Positions 1 to 10,242 of a DNA stretch of 64,000 nucleotides are shown here, piece after piece (the first letter of the stretch is position 1; each line of letters starts with the position of its first letter). The translations under genes were made by a program, and so were the position numbers. Location: NCBI GenBank assembly GCA_950097015.1, contig CATNEN010000038.1, forward strand, positions 16,244,001 to 16,308,000, written 5' to 3'. The notes beneath the pieces were generated by a model that worked only from the letters and a program-made list of their open reading frames with translations, ran no database searches and had not been told where the DNA came from. The DNA is from Macrostomum hystrix. Lineage: Eukaryota > Animalia > Platyhelminthes.

Positions 1-3000
1 GGGACCAAGGCAGCGCATGAAGTCACGGAAACAGCCGGGGCCGACACCATCAGTAGCACTCATCAGCAGAAGACCAGCAGCCTGAAGACAGTGCTGATCG
101 AGGGTCAACGCATGGAGATGCAGCTGGACTCCGGCTCTGATGCCAGCATCATCCCGAGAAATTTCTGGCAGCAACTGGGCGAGCCGAAGTTGCGGAAATG
201 CCGCCGGCAACTCAGGCAGTTCGACGGATCAGCCATCAAAACCCTCGGCAGCTTCACAGCGGCTGTCGAGCTAGAAGACAAGGTCGCCTGCGTGGACATC
301 ATCGTCGCGGCCTGCAACAAGACACACGGTCTGCTGGGCACCGACTTGCTGCAGTTCGACCTGGACGGCGTGTCCCTGCACAACGTCGAGGAAGCACCGG
401 CAGTCACGCTGGGAAAGCTTCGCGGATTCCGGGCCCGCATCGTTCTGAAGGACCAGGCCCGGCCTAGCTACTTCGAGGCTCGACCTGTCCCGATCCACCT
501 GAAACCGCTGGTCATCGCTAAGCTCAGGAAGCTGATCAATGCCGGAATCCTGGAGACGGTCCGCCCCGGAGGGAGCCAGTGGGCATCCCCTATCGTCATC
601 GTGAGGAAACCGGACGGCGACTTGCGGATCTGCGCCGACTACAAAGTGAGTGTGAACCCGCAAATTTGCGCAGACTCGTACCCGCTCCCGAACATCGAGA
701 CAGCCTTTACAGAGCTGTCAGGGATGTCCCACTTCGCCACGGTTGACCTGACGAACGCCTACAACCAGATCGAGCTGGACGAGTCGGCCAGGGAAATCCT
801 CACCATCAACACCCCGATCGGTTTGCTGCGCTGGACGAGGATGCCTTACGGCGTGAAAACTGCGAGCGCGCAGTTCCAAGCTGCCATGGAAGCCACGATC
901 GGCGGTCTGGTGACAAACCTGGTGATCTATCAGGACGATGTCTGCATCGGCGCCCGGACAGCAGCTGAACTGGACGCAAAAGTCGAACAACTGCTAGCCA
1001 AGCTGAGCAAGTCAGGGATGGAGATCAACGAGAAAAAGTGCGTCTTCAGGAGCACCGAAATATCCTTTCTGGGATACCGAATCTCTGCTGAAGGCATCCG
1101 GCCGGACACCAAGCTGGTGGAGAAAGTGCTGCAAACCAAAGCGCCAACGTGTCGGAAGGAACTGGAGTCATTCCTAGGGCTGACGAACTACTACGCCCGC
1201 TACATCCAGGCCTACTCCGAGCGAGTCGAGCCGCTGACTGCCTTAAGGAGCCGCCAGACACCGTTCAAATGGGGCCCGAACCAGCAGAAGGCGTTCGACG
1301 AACTTAAACGGGCGCTGGCGGCCTATCCGGTGATCCGGATCTTCGACCCGACGAAGCGCACGACTTTGACTACGGACGCTAGTGAGAAGGCGGTCTCAGC
1401 CATCCTCACGCAAGACGGCCACCCAGTGCTCTACCTCTCCAGGCGGCTGACGGCAGCCGAGCAAAACTATTCCAACATCGAGAGGGAGGCTCTGGCCATC
1501 GTGTGGGCGACACAGCGAGCGAGGCACTTTCTGCTGGGAGCCAAGTTCACGCTAAACTGCGATCATCAGCCGCTCGAGTTTATCTTCAGTCCGTCGAAGG
1601 AGCTGCCAAAGGTGACATCGGCCAGGATCATGCGCTGGGCTATCCAGTTGGCTGCATTCGACTACGACATTGTCTATGTTCGTGGCAGTTGCATTCCACA
1701 CGTCGATGCTATGTCCAGACTGGAGTTTGAGGATTCGTTCGAAAATCCTAAAGAGGAGGTGAGTCGCTTCGTTCATTGGACTGAGACTGACGTGCTGAAG
1801 CGAAATGAAATTCAACAGGCGACTGACGATGACCCTGTGCTACGGAGCATCCGACAGCGAATCAAGAACAACGTCTGGAGCAACTGCTCGGCGGCAGAAC
1901 GGCCGTACAAGAGTGTCCGGCAACAACTGACGGTGGAAGATGGCATCATCTGTCTGGGAGACCTGATTGTGCCTCCGGCAAGGCTGCGCTCTCGAGTCCT
2001 TCAAGCGGCGCATGGAGACTCCCACAGCGGAGCGCTGGCGACACGAAACCGGTTGAAGAGAGAAGCCTGGTGGCCCGGACACTGCGACGATGTGGAACGC
2101 TACGTCAAGCAATGCGCAAAATGCACGGAGATCCGGACTCCACCGGCTCGCGCCACCCACACCTGGCCCGCGGAAAGCGCCGCATGGCAACGAGTGCACA
2201 TGGACCACGCGCACGTGCCTGGTGTCGGCTATCTGTTGATCGTCGTGGACGCGTTTTCTGGCTGGCCGGAGGCGGTTCGAGTACCAGACCGGAGCGCCCA
2301 GACAACGTTGCGCACTCTGCGGGCCATCTTCTCCAGGCTGGGTGTCCCATGCACGCTGGTCTCGGACAACGCGGCCGAATTCTGCGACGGCGAGCTGCGC
2401 GACTGGCTGCGGAGAATCGGCTGCTCGCAGATACACTCACCACCGTACCACCCGGAGTCCAACGGCCTAGCAGAGCGGATGGTCCAGACTGTCAAACGGG
2501 GTCTGGTGGCATTTCCGGTGCATCGCGGATCTTTTGATGCGTATCTGGCCAAGCTGCTGCTGAACTACAGGGCGACTCCGAGGAGCGACGGCCGAGGCAG
2601 TCCGTCAGCGCTGATGGGCAGACAACTGAGGAGCCCACTGACCCTGACGTTCAGTGTCGATGCGCCTGTCATCTACCAGGCTCGTGCCAGCAGCCCTACG
2701 GAGTCTGCGCGTTTCGTGGTACAGGCTGGGCACAACACCGCCGTGGTCACCCGAGAGGATGGTCGGCCGGTGCTCGCTCATCGGGATCAGATCCGCCCAC
2801 TACCTGACGGCAATGAGCAACCAGTTGGTGACTTGCCTGGGAGGGACGACGGAAGAAAAGATTCCGCCTCCGAGGTGGCTGCACTCCCGGGTTCTGAGGT
2901 GCAGGACGGCCCGGCTGGCAGCTTTCAGCCAAATGCAACTTCGGTGCCCAGACGAAGTGAGCGCAGCAACAAAGGTGTTCCACCCGATCGTCTGGTCCTC

Positions 3001-3006
3001 CGTTGA
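1..3006 (+). CDS. pol: Ty3/Gypsy retrotransposon pol polyprotein (PR-RT-RNaseH-IN), 5' truncated by window edge
   Basis: Frame is open from base 1. Protease LDSGS, RT motifs (WASPIVIV, RICADY, IYQDD), RNase H (TDAS...NYSNIEREALA), integrase zinc finger (H-x4-H...CAKC) and DDE core (VDAFS, SDN, YHPESNGLAER). Domain order RT-RH-IN is Gypsy-type. Confidence 0.96.
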   Translation, partial: GTKAAHEVTETAGADTISSTHQQKTSSLKTVLIEGQRMEMQLDSGSDASIIPRNFWQQLGEPKLRKCRRQLRQFDGSAIKTLGSFTAAVELEDKVACVDIIVAACNKTHGLLGTDLLQFDLDGVSLHNVEEAPAVTLGKLRGFRARIVLKDQARPSYFEARPVPIHLKPLVIAKLRKLINAGILETVRPGGSQWASPIVIVRKPDGDLRICADYKVSVNPQICADSYPLPNIETAFTELSGMSHFATVDLTNAYNQIELDESAREILTINTPIGLLRWTRMPYGVKTASAQFQAAMEATIGGLVTNLVIYQDDVCIGARTAAELDAKVEQLLAKLSKSGMEINEKKCVFRSTEISFLGYRISAEGIRPDTKLVEKVLQTKAPTCRKELESFLGLTNYYARYIQAYSERVEPLTALRSRQTPFKWGPNQQKAFDELKRALAAYPVIRIFDPTKRTTLTTDASEKAVSAILTQDGHPVLYLSRRLTAAEQNYSNIEREALAIVWATQRARHFLLGAKFTLNCDHQPLEFIFSPSKELPKVTSARIMRWAIQLAAFDYDIVYVRGSCIPHVDAMSRLEFEDSFENPKEEVSRFVHWTETDVLKRNEIQQATDDDPVLRSIRQRIKNNVWSNCSAAERPYKSVRQQLTVEDGIICLGDLIVPPARLRSRVLQAAHGDSHSGALATRNRLKREAWWPGHCDDVERYVKQCAKCTEIRTPPARATHTWPAESAAWQRVHMDHAHVPGVGYLLIVVDAFSGWPEAVRVPDRSAQTTLRTLRAIFSRLGVPCTLVSDNAAEFCDGELRDWLRRIGCSQIHSPPYHPESNGLAERMVQTVKRGLVAFPVHRGSFDAYLAKLLLNYRATPRSDGRGSPSALMGRQLRSPLTLTFSVDAPVIYQARASSPTESARFVVQAGHNTAVVTREDGRPVLAHRDQIRPLPDGNEQPVGDLPGRDDGRKDSASEVAALPGSEVQDGPAGSFQPNATSVPRRSERSNKGVPPDRLVLR

Positions 3007-3014
3007 CGGGGAGA

Positions 3015-3265
3015 TGTGGCGCCGTCGGTCTATCGCGGCCAGGCGCATTGATAGCCTGAGCGTGGACGGTGCCGCCAATGTCCTTTAACTCTTCACTGAC
3101 CTATTAACGTACATGCCTATTGTGTGGCACGTGGCCACCGCTCAATAATATCGCACGTTGTACTTGTATCTCGCGTTCTATATAAGTGATGTGACTGATG
3201 CACAAATATATTATCGTGTTCGCTCCAAACTAACAAACATAAGAGTCACTCTAAACGACACGACA
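3015..3265 (+). mobile_element. 3' LTR of the Gypsy element
   Basis: Short purine tract GGGGAGA directly after the pol stop, then TG...CA ends (TGTGGCG...CACGACA) and a TATA-like TATATAAG near 3179. Exact 3' end uncertain by a few nt. Confidence 0.75.
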
Positions 3266-3321
3266 CACTCTACCTTGACAGTCTAGCAATAATTCCAGTT
3301 ATTCATTTTCTTTCATTGCAG

Positions 3322-6300
3322 GCAGCAAGTCTCTGTTAATGACGAATTCTGCGAAATCGAATCGCAAGAATTCGACGAAGACACGGCTGCCTACAGGGCT
3401 CCAAACTCCGCTTCTGGAAAGTTAGAGAACTCCAGTGAGCCATTCGGTTATACGGGTAAGCCCTTTTTGTAAGGAATCAAAAGCCGTTAAAAATATCGCC
3501 CAAGTGTACAACATCATTGTTACATGATTTATTTGTGTGACTTGCCAAGTATTACACGCTGAATTAAAAGACATCCAACACTCATGCAATATAATACAGC
3601 ATCCATGTTAAAAAGATAAACTAAAAGCCTTAAATTCAGTCCTCCAGTCCTCGATGGATTTCAGTCCTCCATGCTTACAATAGCTGTAGATTCGAAACAG
3701 ATTAGCAGCGGCGGCTCTTGCTTGAGCTCTCAGTTTTTCGGATTTCGATGACGTAAGATTTTTGCTAGCTTTCTTGTTGCTGATACTGACCCTTCTTAGC
3801 ACGCTTTGTACTTAGCCTCATAAACTTCAAATTCTTGCCCAGTTGCTGCTCCGCTTCTCTGTCCTGACGCTGGCGCTCTTCTTGGAGCTGGCGCGCCTCT
3901 TCCTGACGCTGGCGCTCTTCTTGCCACTGGCGCACCTCTTCCTGACGCTGGCGCTCTTCTTGACGCTGGCGCGCCTCTTCCTGACGCTGGCGCTCTTCTT
4001 GCCACTGGCGCACCTCTTCCTGACGCTGGCGCTCTTCTTGACGCTGGCGCGCCTCTTCCTGACGCTGGCGCTCTTCTTGACGCTTGCGCGCCTCTTCCTG
4101 ACGCTGGCGCTCTTCTTGACGCTGGCGCGCCTCTTCCTGACGCTGGCGCTCTTCTTGACGCTGGCGCGCCTCTTCCTGACGCTGGCGCTCTTCTTGCCGC
4201 TGGCGCACCTCTAACTCTAACTGACGCTGGCGCTCTTCTTGAAGCTTGCGCGCCTCTTCCTGACGCTGGCGCTCTTCTTGCCGCTGGTGCGCCTCTTCCT
4301 GACGCTGGCGCTCTTCTTGCCGCTGGTGCGCCTCTTCCTGACGCTGGCGCTCTTCTTGCCGCTGGCGCGCCTCTTCCTGACGCTGGCGCTCTTCTTGACG
4401 CTTGCGCGCCTCTTCCTGCCGCTGGCGCGCCTCTTCCTGACGCTGGCGCTCTTCTTGCCGCTGGTGCTGCAAGTATTATATGTATTATAACTGTTTGTAT
4501 AATAATATATATTATTAAGGTTAATTATAAACTCTGAGGCGTTTTCAAAGTTACCTTTCAGCCTATCGAATTTAAATACTTAAGTATCAATGAAAAGTAA
4601 TATATAAGACCTCTGATGCAGTGCAACTTAGAAAAATGTCTGAGCAATATTGTTGCGAAAAAAATAAAATAGTGCACGTACACAGTTTCGAATAATGCCA
4701 CAAAAGCTACGAAAATTATTTACTTAATTGTCACTAGCGCTAGCTGCTTTTAGTTTATTCGACAGATTAATTTTTTATAATTTAAAAACGTCAAAATTTA
4801 TCTTCTAGAAGATTTCCACCTGTCTGTTGGCGTCCTACACTGGAAAGGTTGCAATTGAATGCGTCATGAATTCTTATTACTCTTAAATATTAGTTTTTAT
4901 CACCGGGAGACCTGGTTTGTTTTGATTTTTTGCACAATACCTTGTAATCCTTCTACTTAGCATTATGTGGTTTTTGATACTTTTAAACTAGCACTAACTC
5001 CCAATTGGTCGTGAGTTCGATTTCGCTGTGAGACTTTAGAGAGATACTTATAGAAAAAGTTTTAATGCTGCGTGTTGTAGAATTTGATGAATGCTGGTCA
5101 TTATCAATATTTTTCGCGATAAAGCAACATAACATTACTGTCGATATCTGCTCTGGGCGTATGCATATACATTTGTTTCTTTTATTTAAGTAGCTTCCCG
5201 CTAAAAAATAGGGATGTTTCTTTGGGTGATTCCAGTTGGAATCGGCGGTGTTTCCAGAAAAAGAAACAGCCGAACGCTGGAAACAGACCAATCGGATGAT
5301 TCCATGCTTAGAATCTACCCAACTGGGCGTTTTCCCGGTGCTTCTTGGTGGCGAAATGGAATCACCCAAAGAATCCTCAGTTCGGAAGATTCCATGCTCA
5401 GAAACCGCAGAGGAATCGCCCGTAAATAATTCTCTGGTTGTCCCATGGGCCACTGGTTCGGGTGATTCTTCGGCGGTTTCCGCACAATTTACGGTTACAT
5501 CGGCTGCTTCCTGGGTGGTTTCTTTAGCTCTTGCGAGATAGGGGGGATTTTGGTAGATTCCACTCCTATTTTGCACAAAAAACCCGCCGAAGAAGCAGCC
5601 GAGTTTTTTACAGGGTTTAAACGCAAGTTAAGCATGTTTTAAAGTTCTGCTTTTGTTGAAGTATAAAAATGCTTTTTTATGAGTTTTTACCTTCAAATTT
5701 AGATGAAAGAAAGCGAAATACAACTTGTCGTCATAATTTTACAACGCTAACTAATTTTAGGGAATTCAACGAGGTTCTAACTTAGCGCCCTAGAAGTCAA
5801 GAACAGTGTTTCTTTTAAACCGTAAAGTCTGTGACTTCAGAACAAACTGAATTTGTTTTAAATCCGTTTTCACACTTGTGTCTTAGCTTTGGTAATTCGC
5901 ATTTGCAATCACACTTCTTTTCGTCAGAAGTCGAGCGCAGACTACTTGAAGTAGATGAGTCGGCTGCTGGCTCCAGCGTTGAAGCTGCTAGTGGTTCTGC
6001 TCAAACTGCAACCAGTGTGACCCCAACAGCAAGTGGTCTATTAGAGTCGCAGCAGCATCAACGCGAGTCTTCTAATGATAGCTCAGATCTAGTGAGGGTT
6101 GACTCTGTTTGCGACTCGGCTGGTAAGTTTAAGGGCAGTTTTTTTATGCTTTTCTTTTTTCTGCGCTGCTTGACGTATATTTAAATAGGTGTGCTGCATG
6201 ATTTAAATGCTCAATTTTCAGAGGTTCTGTCGAATTCTACAGACCAGGATGACCCGGTACTAGATGCTAACAGTGCCGCCGCAGCCCCTACGGCCGCTGC

Positions 6301-6430
6301 TTCCGCTGCTGCTGAAGGTAGTCATCATCAGCCGGCTGACCCGTCCGCCTATTACAGCCTCATGCCGCAGTCGACAGGCGCCGAAAATGCTGCTACGAGT
6401 TCAACAGAGCAGCCGAGTTCAAACAATTAA
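3322..6430 (+). CDS. Last three exons of an unidentified gene (acidic, Ser/Ala-rich C-terminus); exons 3322-3455, 5928-6122, 6189-6430
   Basis: Pyrimidine-rich AG acceptors and GTAAG donors with compatible phases give a continuous frame (QQVSVNDEFCEIESQEFDED...EVERRLLEVDES...GVLHDLNAQF...SSNN*). No family recognised. Confidence 0.6.
3765..4466 (-). CDS. Q/E/R-rich coiled-coil (trichohyalin-like) repeat ORF nested antisense in an intron; possibly a pseudogene or coding-like minisatellite
   Basis: About 39-bp units encoding EEARQRQEERQRQ, GC-rich against AT-rich flanks. Preceded by TTGCAG acceptor-like site in phase 0 and followed by a short non-repetitive tail. No ATG. Confidence 0.4.
   Translation of the reverse strand, partial: HQRQEERQRQEEARQRQEEARKRQEERQRQEEARQRQEERQRQEEAHQRQEERQRQEEAHQRQEERQRQEEARKLQEERQRQLELEVRQRQEERQRQEEARQRQEERQRQEEARQRQEERQRQEEARKRQEERQRQEEARQRQEERQRQEEVRQWQEERQRQEEARQRQEERQRQEEVRQWQEERQRQEEARQLQEERQRQDREAEQQLGKNLKFMRLSTKRAKKGQYQQQES
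5197..5615. mobile_element. Non-autonomous TIR element (CACTA/EnSpm-like MITE) with subterminal repeats
   Basis: Ends CCCGCTAAAAAA / TTTTTTACAGGG, TT on both flanks, and multiple internal direct and inverted motifs (GATTCC..GGAATC, GGCGGTTTCC / AAACCGC.GA.GAA). Confidence 0.55.
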
Positions 6431-6584
6431 TTAGTCAGTATACGATTTCTAAATGCTACTCTAGAGGTTGTTGGTTCTCTATTTTTATATCGATAACCAT
6501 TAAGTATCATGTTTCGCGTTCTATTGTTTTAACTTGCTCCTAATTAATAATACTAATAGTAATAGAGATATTAACATGCGAGAA

Positions 6585-6795
6585 GCGCGCAATGTGGCCC
6601 CATTCCACTGACTGTAGGGCAAGCAGGCACACACTAGGGTGTACCTCTGCCCTGACTTTCTCATAACTGTAAATTGCATGACAAGCCTCCAAGCCTTCTC
6701 TCAGCGACTGCGCCCAAAAAATAAATGTGGCCTCGCCGCTGATTCGAGCTCAGGGACCTTGGTTCGCGAGGGGAACGCTGGACGGTGCCACCGAC
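6585..6795 (-). mobile_element. tRNA-derived SINE family A, degenerate copy
   Basis: Reverse complement matches the 22311 copy (CCAAGGTCCCTGAGCTCGAATC, GAGAAGGCTTG, ATGAGAAAGTCAGGGCAGA). Confidence 0.7.
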
Positions 6796-7905
6796 TTCAT
6801 CACTTTCTTAATCTTAGTCTTAGTCTATATATTCATCTTGTTGATCAAATGCTTATGTATGTAACTCGTAAATACTAATTTGTAATTAGTGCTGGTTCTG
6901 TCTATCGTCTTTCTTTGTTTTTTGCGTCATTTGCCAAACACGATCCAAATTCAACTACTTACTTTGTCTCGATTGAGTAGTATTTACAGTAAAAATCTAC
7001 CTTTTTGTGAGTTAAAGTGCTGTGATTAGTTTTTCTGTTTTAGTCATCAGTCCTGATTACACATTTTATTTAAATCGTGTAGCAAAATCGCATGTATTTC
7101 TGCTATTGATTCCAGCAAATTAGGATATTTCATTTTAATTATTCTGGCCTTCAACTGTCTGCAGTTATTGTTTCAGATCCTCATTTTGGATTTAAGGATT
7201 TCAGGATGAAGTTATGTGTACAAGTTACTCAATAATAATTTATTTTATTTCTCCTCAGAAAATTAGTATTCCGCTACATTTTGATCATTGCTTACGTGGC
7301 TATTGATTTGATTTCTCTATCATTGCTGTCTATTGCTCATCGCGTGTTCTATATTTTTGTGCTAGTTTATTGTTATTTTGTATTAAAATTCACGGAAAAT
7401 ATAAAGTTTAATGCAAGGTTACTTAATTCTTCAACAGATTCGATTTTAATATTCCTATATACGAATTTTTATAGACTTGTGTTACATTATGGAGTTATTG
7501 GTAGCTTATTCAAAATAGATTCCAAGTGAAGAATATTTTTAAGTTTTCTCTTTAATCAGCTATATGAAATCTGCATTTGCACCTATGAAGTCGTGCAACA
7601 AACAATTGCAGTGTTTCTGCTGTCTTAGTTAAGTCTGCTGACGAAAATTAGCGATGTTGAAATCTACTTCCACGTAATTGTTAGCAGATGTACTACAGTA
7701 GAGTAAACTGAATCCATTCTGTTAGCGAATACTAGGTAGCTTTGCCAGTTTGCTGAAAACAACTTACATAAAAGACTAGTTGCTACTTAAATAAATAATA
7801 GCAATAGCTAGGCCTATATTTATAATAGGAACACGAAAGTATGATATGAACAGAAAATGACTAGATATGACCACATACTATAAACAGAGATACTATAGTA
7901 TAGTA

Positions 7906-8291
7906 CAGGGGTCGGCAAACTCCGGCCCGCGGGCCAGATGCGGCCCTCGAAGCTCCCAAATCCGGCCCGTTGCCCCTTCTGACATCTACAGTGTCCTGTT
8001 TCATCTCTCTCGTTTCTAATCTCTCCCGTGTCTCATCTCTCCCGTGTCTCATCTCTCCCGTGTCTCATCTCTCTTGTGTCTCATCTCTCCCGTGTCTCAT
8101 CTCTCCCGTGTCTCATCTCTCTTGTGTCTCATCGCTCTCGTGTCTCATCTCTCCCGTGTCTTATCTCTCCCGTGTCTAATCTCTCCTGTGTCTCATCTCT
8201 CCCCTATCTCATATTTATACAGTCAATGCGGCCCGCTGTCGTCTTTTAGTTTCTCTCTTTGGCCCGCCAGCAAATAAGTTCGCCTACCCTG
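7906..8291. mobile_element. hAT (Charlie-like) MITE carrying an internal 16-bp minisatellite
   Basis: 5' CAGGGGTCGGCAAACTCCGGCCCGCGGGCC and 3' AGTTCGCCTACCCTG termini with repeated CGGCCC subterminal motifs. Internal (TGTCTCATCTCTCCCG)n at about 8020-8205. No exact 8-bp TSD. Confidence 0.75.
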
Positions 8292-8604
8292 ATCTATAGT
8301 ATAGTATAGATATATCTATACTATATTTATACTATATACTATAGTATATATAACTATAATATACTATAACACAGATACTATATAAACTCAGATACAAAGA
8401 TACTATAAACAAGTGTTTATAGAATCTGTGGCTATGACCATGATGAAAAAAAATGTGAACATGAGTATAAGCATGAGCTAGCCCTGATGGTATAACGAAT
8501 CCTATAAACGATTATAGCCAAAAATTACTACTTAGTACTTGCATTAACTACTCCTTGGTTTGTTATTTCGCGCGCCGTCTTAATGCTCAACAGGACAACG
8601 GCCG

Positions 8605-8790
8605 AGGTGTGTTAAAATGACTGGGTGGGGTGTTAAACTGGGGTGGTGGGTCGTTGAACTGACTGGGTGGGTGTTAAACTGACTGGGCCGAGGTGTGTTA
8701 AAGAGGGCTGTTAAACTGACTGGGTGGGGTGTTAAACTGACTCGGTGGGATGTTAAACTGACTGGGGTGGGTTGTTAAACTGGGCTTGTG
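8605..8790 (+). repeat. About 21-bp degenerate tandem repeat (GTGTTAAACTGACTGGGTGGG)
   Basis: About 8-9 imperfect copies visible. Confidence 0.75.
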
Positions 8791-9464
8791 GGGTGGGTGG
8801 AATGAAATCGGAGGTGGCAATGAACGACAATCGCATAACTGAAACCATGTTGAAGTGTATGCCCATGTTTTAAGGGACGGGTGGAACCCTATACACCAAA
8901 TCTAATGTTGTGTCCTACTGTGTGGCTATTGAAATTAAACAGGTTTCCTTGCAGTCAAGACTTTATACGATCGAGTTTCTAGTTCCGCTAGCTTCTGTGT
9001 TCCATGCAGGAAACAGCGATCTGCTCAATCAAAGTTTAAAGAAAGATTTTTAGGAATCCTCTCTCTTTGATGGTTGATACTTTACTACACAAATTGTTAA
9101 GTATTTGTTAGCAGCTAGAATAAAACTGAAAAAATGTGCTCTTTTAAAGAAAAAATGTGCACGGATCATGGGACCTACTTATGATTAGATCAGCATGTTA
9201 AGTGAACCATCTTGATAATTACGGCTTAACACACCAGATCAAACTTTATCAGGATTTTGATAAGTGCATTTTGCTGGGGCGCGCCCTTTGATGATACAAA
9301 TGCTGCTTAGCATGGATTCGGATCATTCAGAGACGGGATTGCGGACTGCATCTAGAGGACGCGAAGATTAGAAAACTGTGATATTGCTCTAGGCAATGGG
9401 ACAATTATAAACTACCTAATTGTCTAATTATTCATCCAGCTAATGATTCTGTCAGCTCTTAATG

Positions 9465-9990
9465 TCGATTCTGTGTCAGTTCATACAGATGATTCTGTGT
9501 CAGTTCCCGCTGTCGATTCTGTGTCAGTTCCCGCTGTCGATTCTGTGTCAGTTCCCGCTGTCGATTCTGTCAGTTCCCGCAGTCGATTCTGTCAGTTCCC
9601 GCTGTCGATTCTGTGTCAGTTCCCGCTGTCGATTCTGTGTCAGTTCCCGCTGTCGATTCTGTCAGTTCCCGCTGTCGATTCTGTGTCAGTTCCCGCTGTC
9701 GATTCTGTGTCAGTTCCCGCTGTCGATTCTGTGTCAGTTCCCGCTGTCGATTCTGTCAGTTCCCGCTGTCGATTCTGTCAGTTCCCGCTGTCGATTCTGT
9801 GTCAGTTCCCGCTGTCGATTCTGTGTCAGTTCCCGCTGTCGATTCTGTCAGTTCCCGCTGTCGATTCTGTGTCAGTTCCCACTGTCGATTCTGTGTCAGT
9901 TCCCGCTGTCGATTCTGTGTCAGTTCCCGCTGTCGATTCTGTGTCAGTTCCCGCTGTCGATTCTGTGTCAGTTCCCGCTGTCGATTCTGT
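9465..9990 (+). repeat. 24/22-bp minisatellite (GTCGATTCTGT[GT]CAGTTCCCGCT)
   Basis: About 22 near-identical units directly visible. Confidence 0.95.
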
Positions 9991-10242
9991 ATTTGTTAAT
10001 TCTTGAAGAAAATTCTGAACAAGTTTATCCTGTTACCTTCTCTCTCCATTTTTTCTTAGAAGTGTACATCTCATTTCAAAATCAGTTTTAACGGATTTGT
10101 TCAGCCTAAAGTCAGCTAGCCAATCAGAAACGAGTTAGTAGAGAAGGCGAAGCAGCTGGGCGATAAGACTAAAATCATATCGACAGTTTGAAATCCAGTT
10201 TCTTTTACTAGAAATCTAGCAGACAGTCGCTTCCCGCTGAAA

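Noticed and set aside
105-3088. Overlapping and antisense ORFs within Gypsy pol (likewise within RanBP2 and the GPCR)
   Set aside because: Shadow ORFs of GC-rich coding sequence with no motifs.
4555-4562. 8-nt micro-exon upstream of the coiled-coil ORF on the minus strand
   Set aside because: Joining it in the required phase introduces an in-frame TGA.
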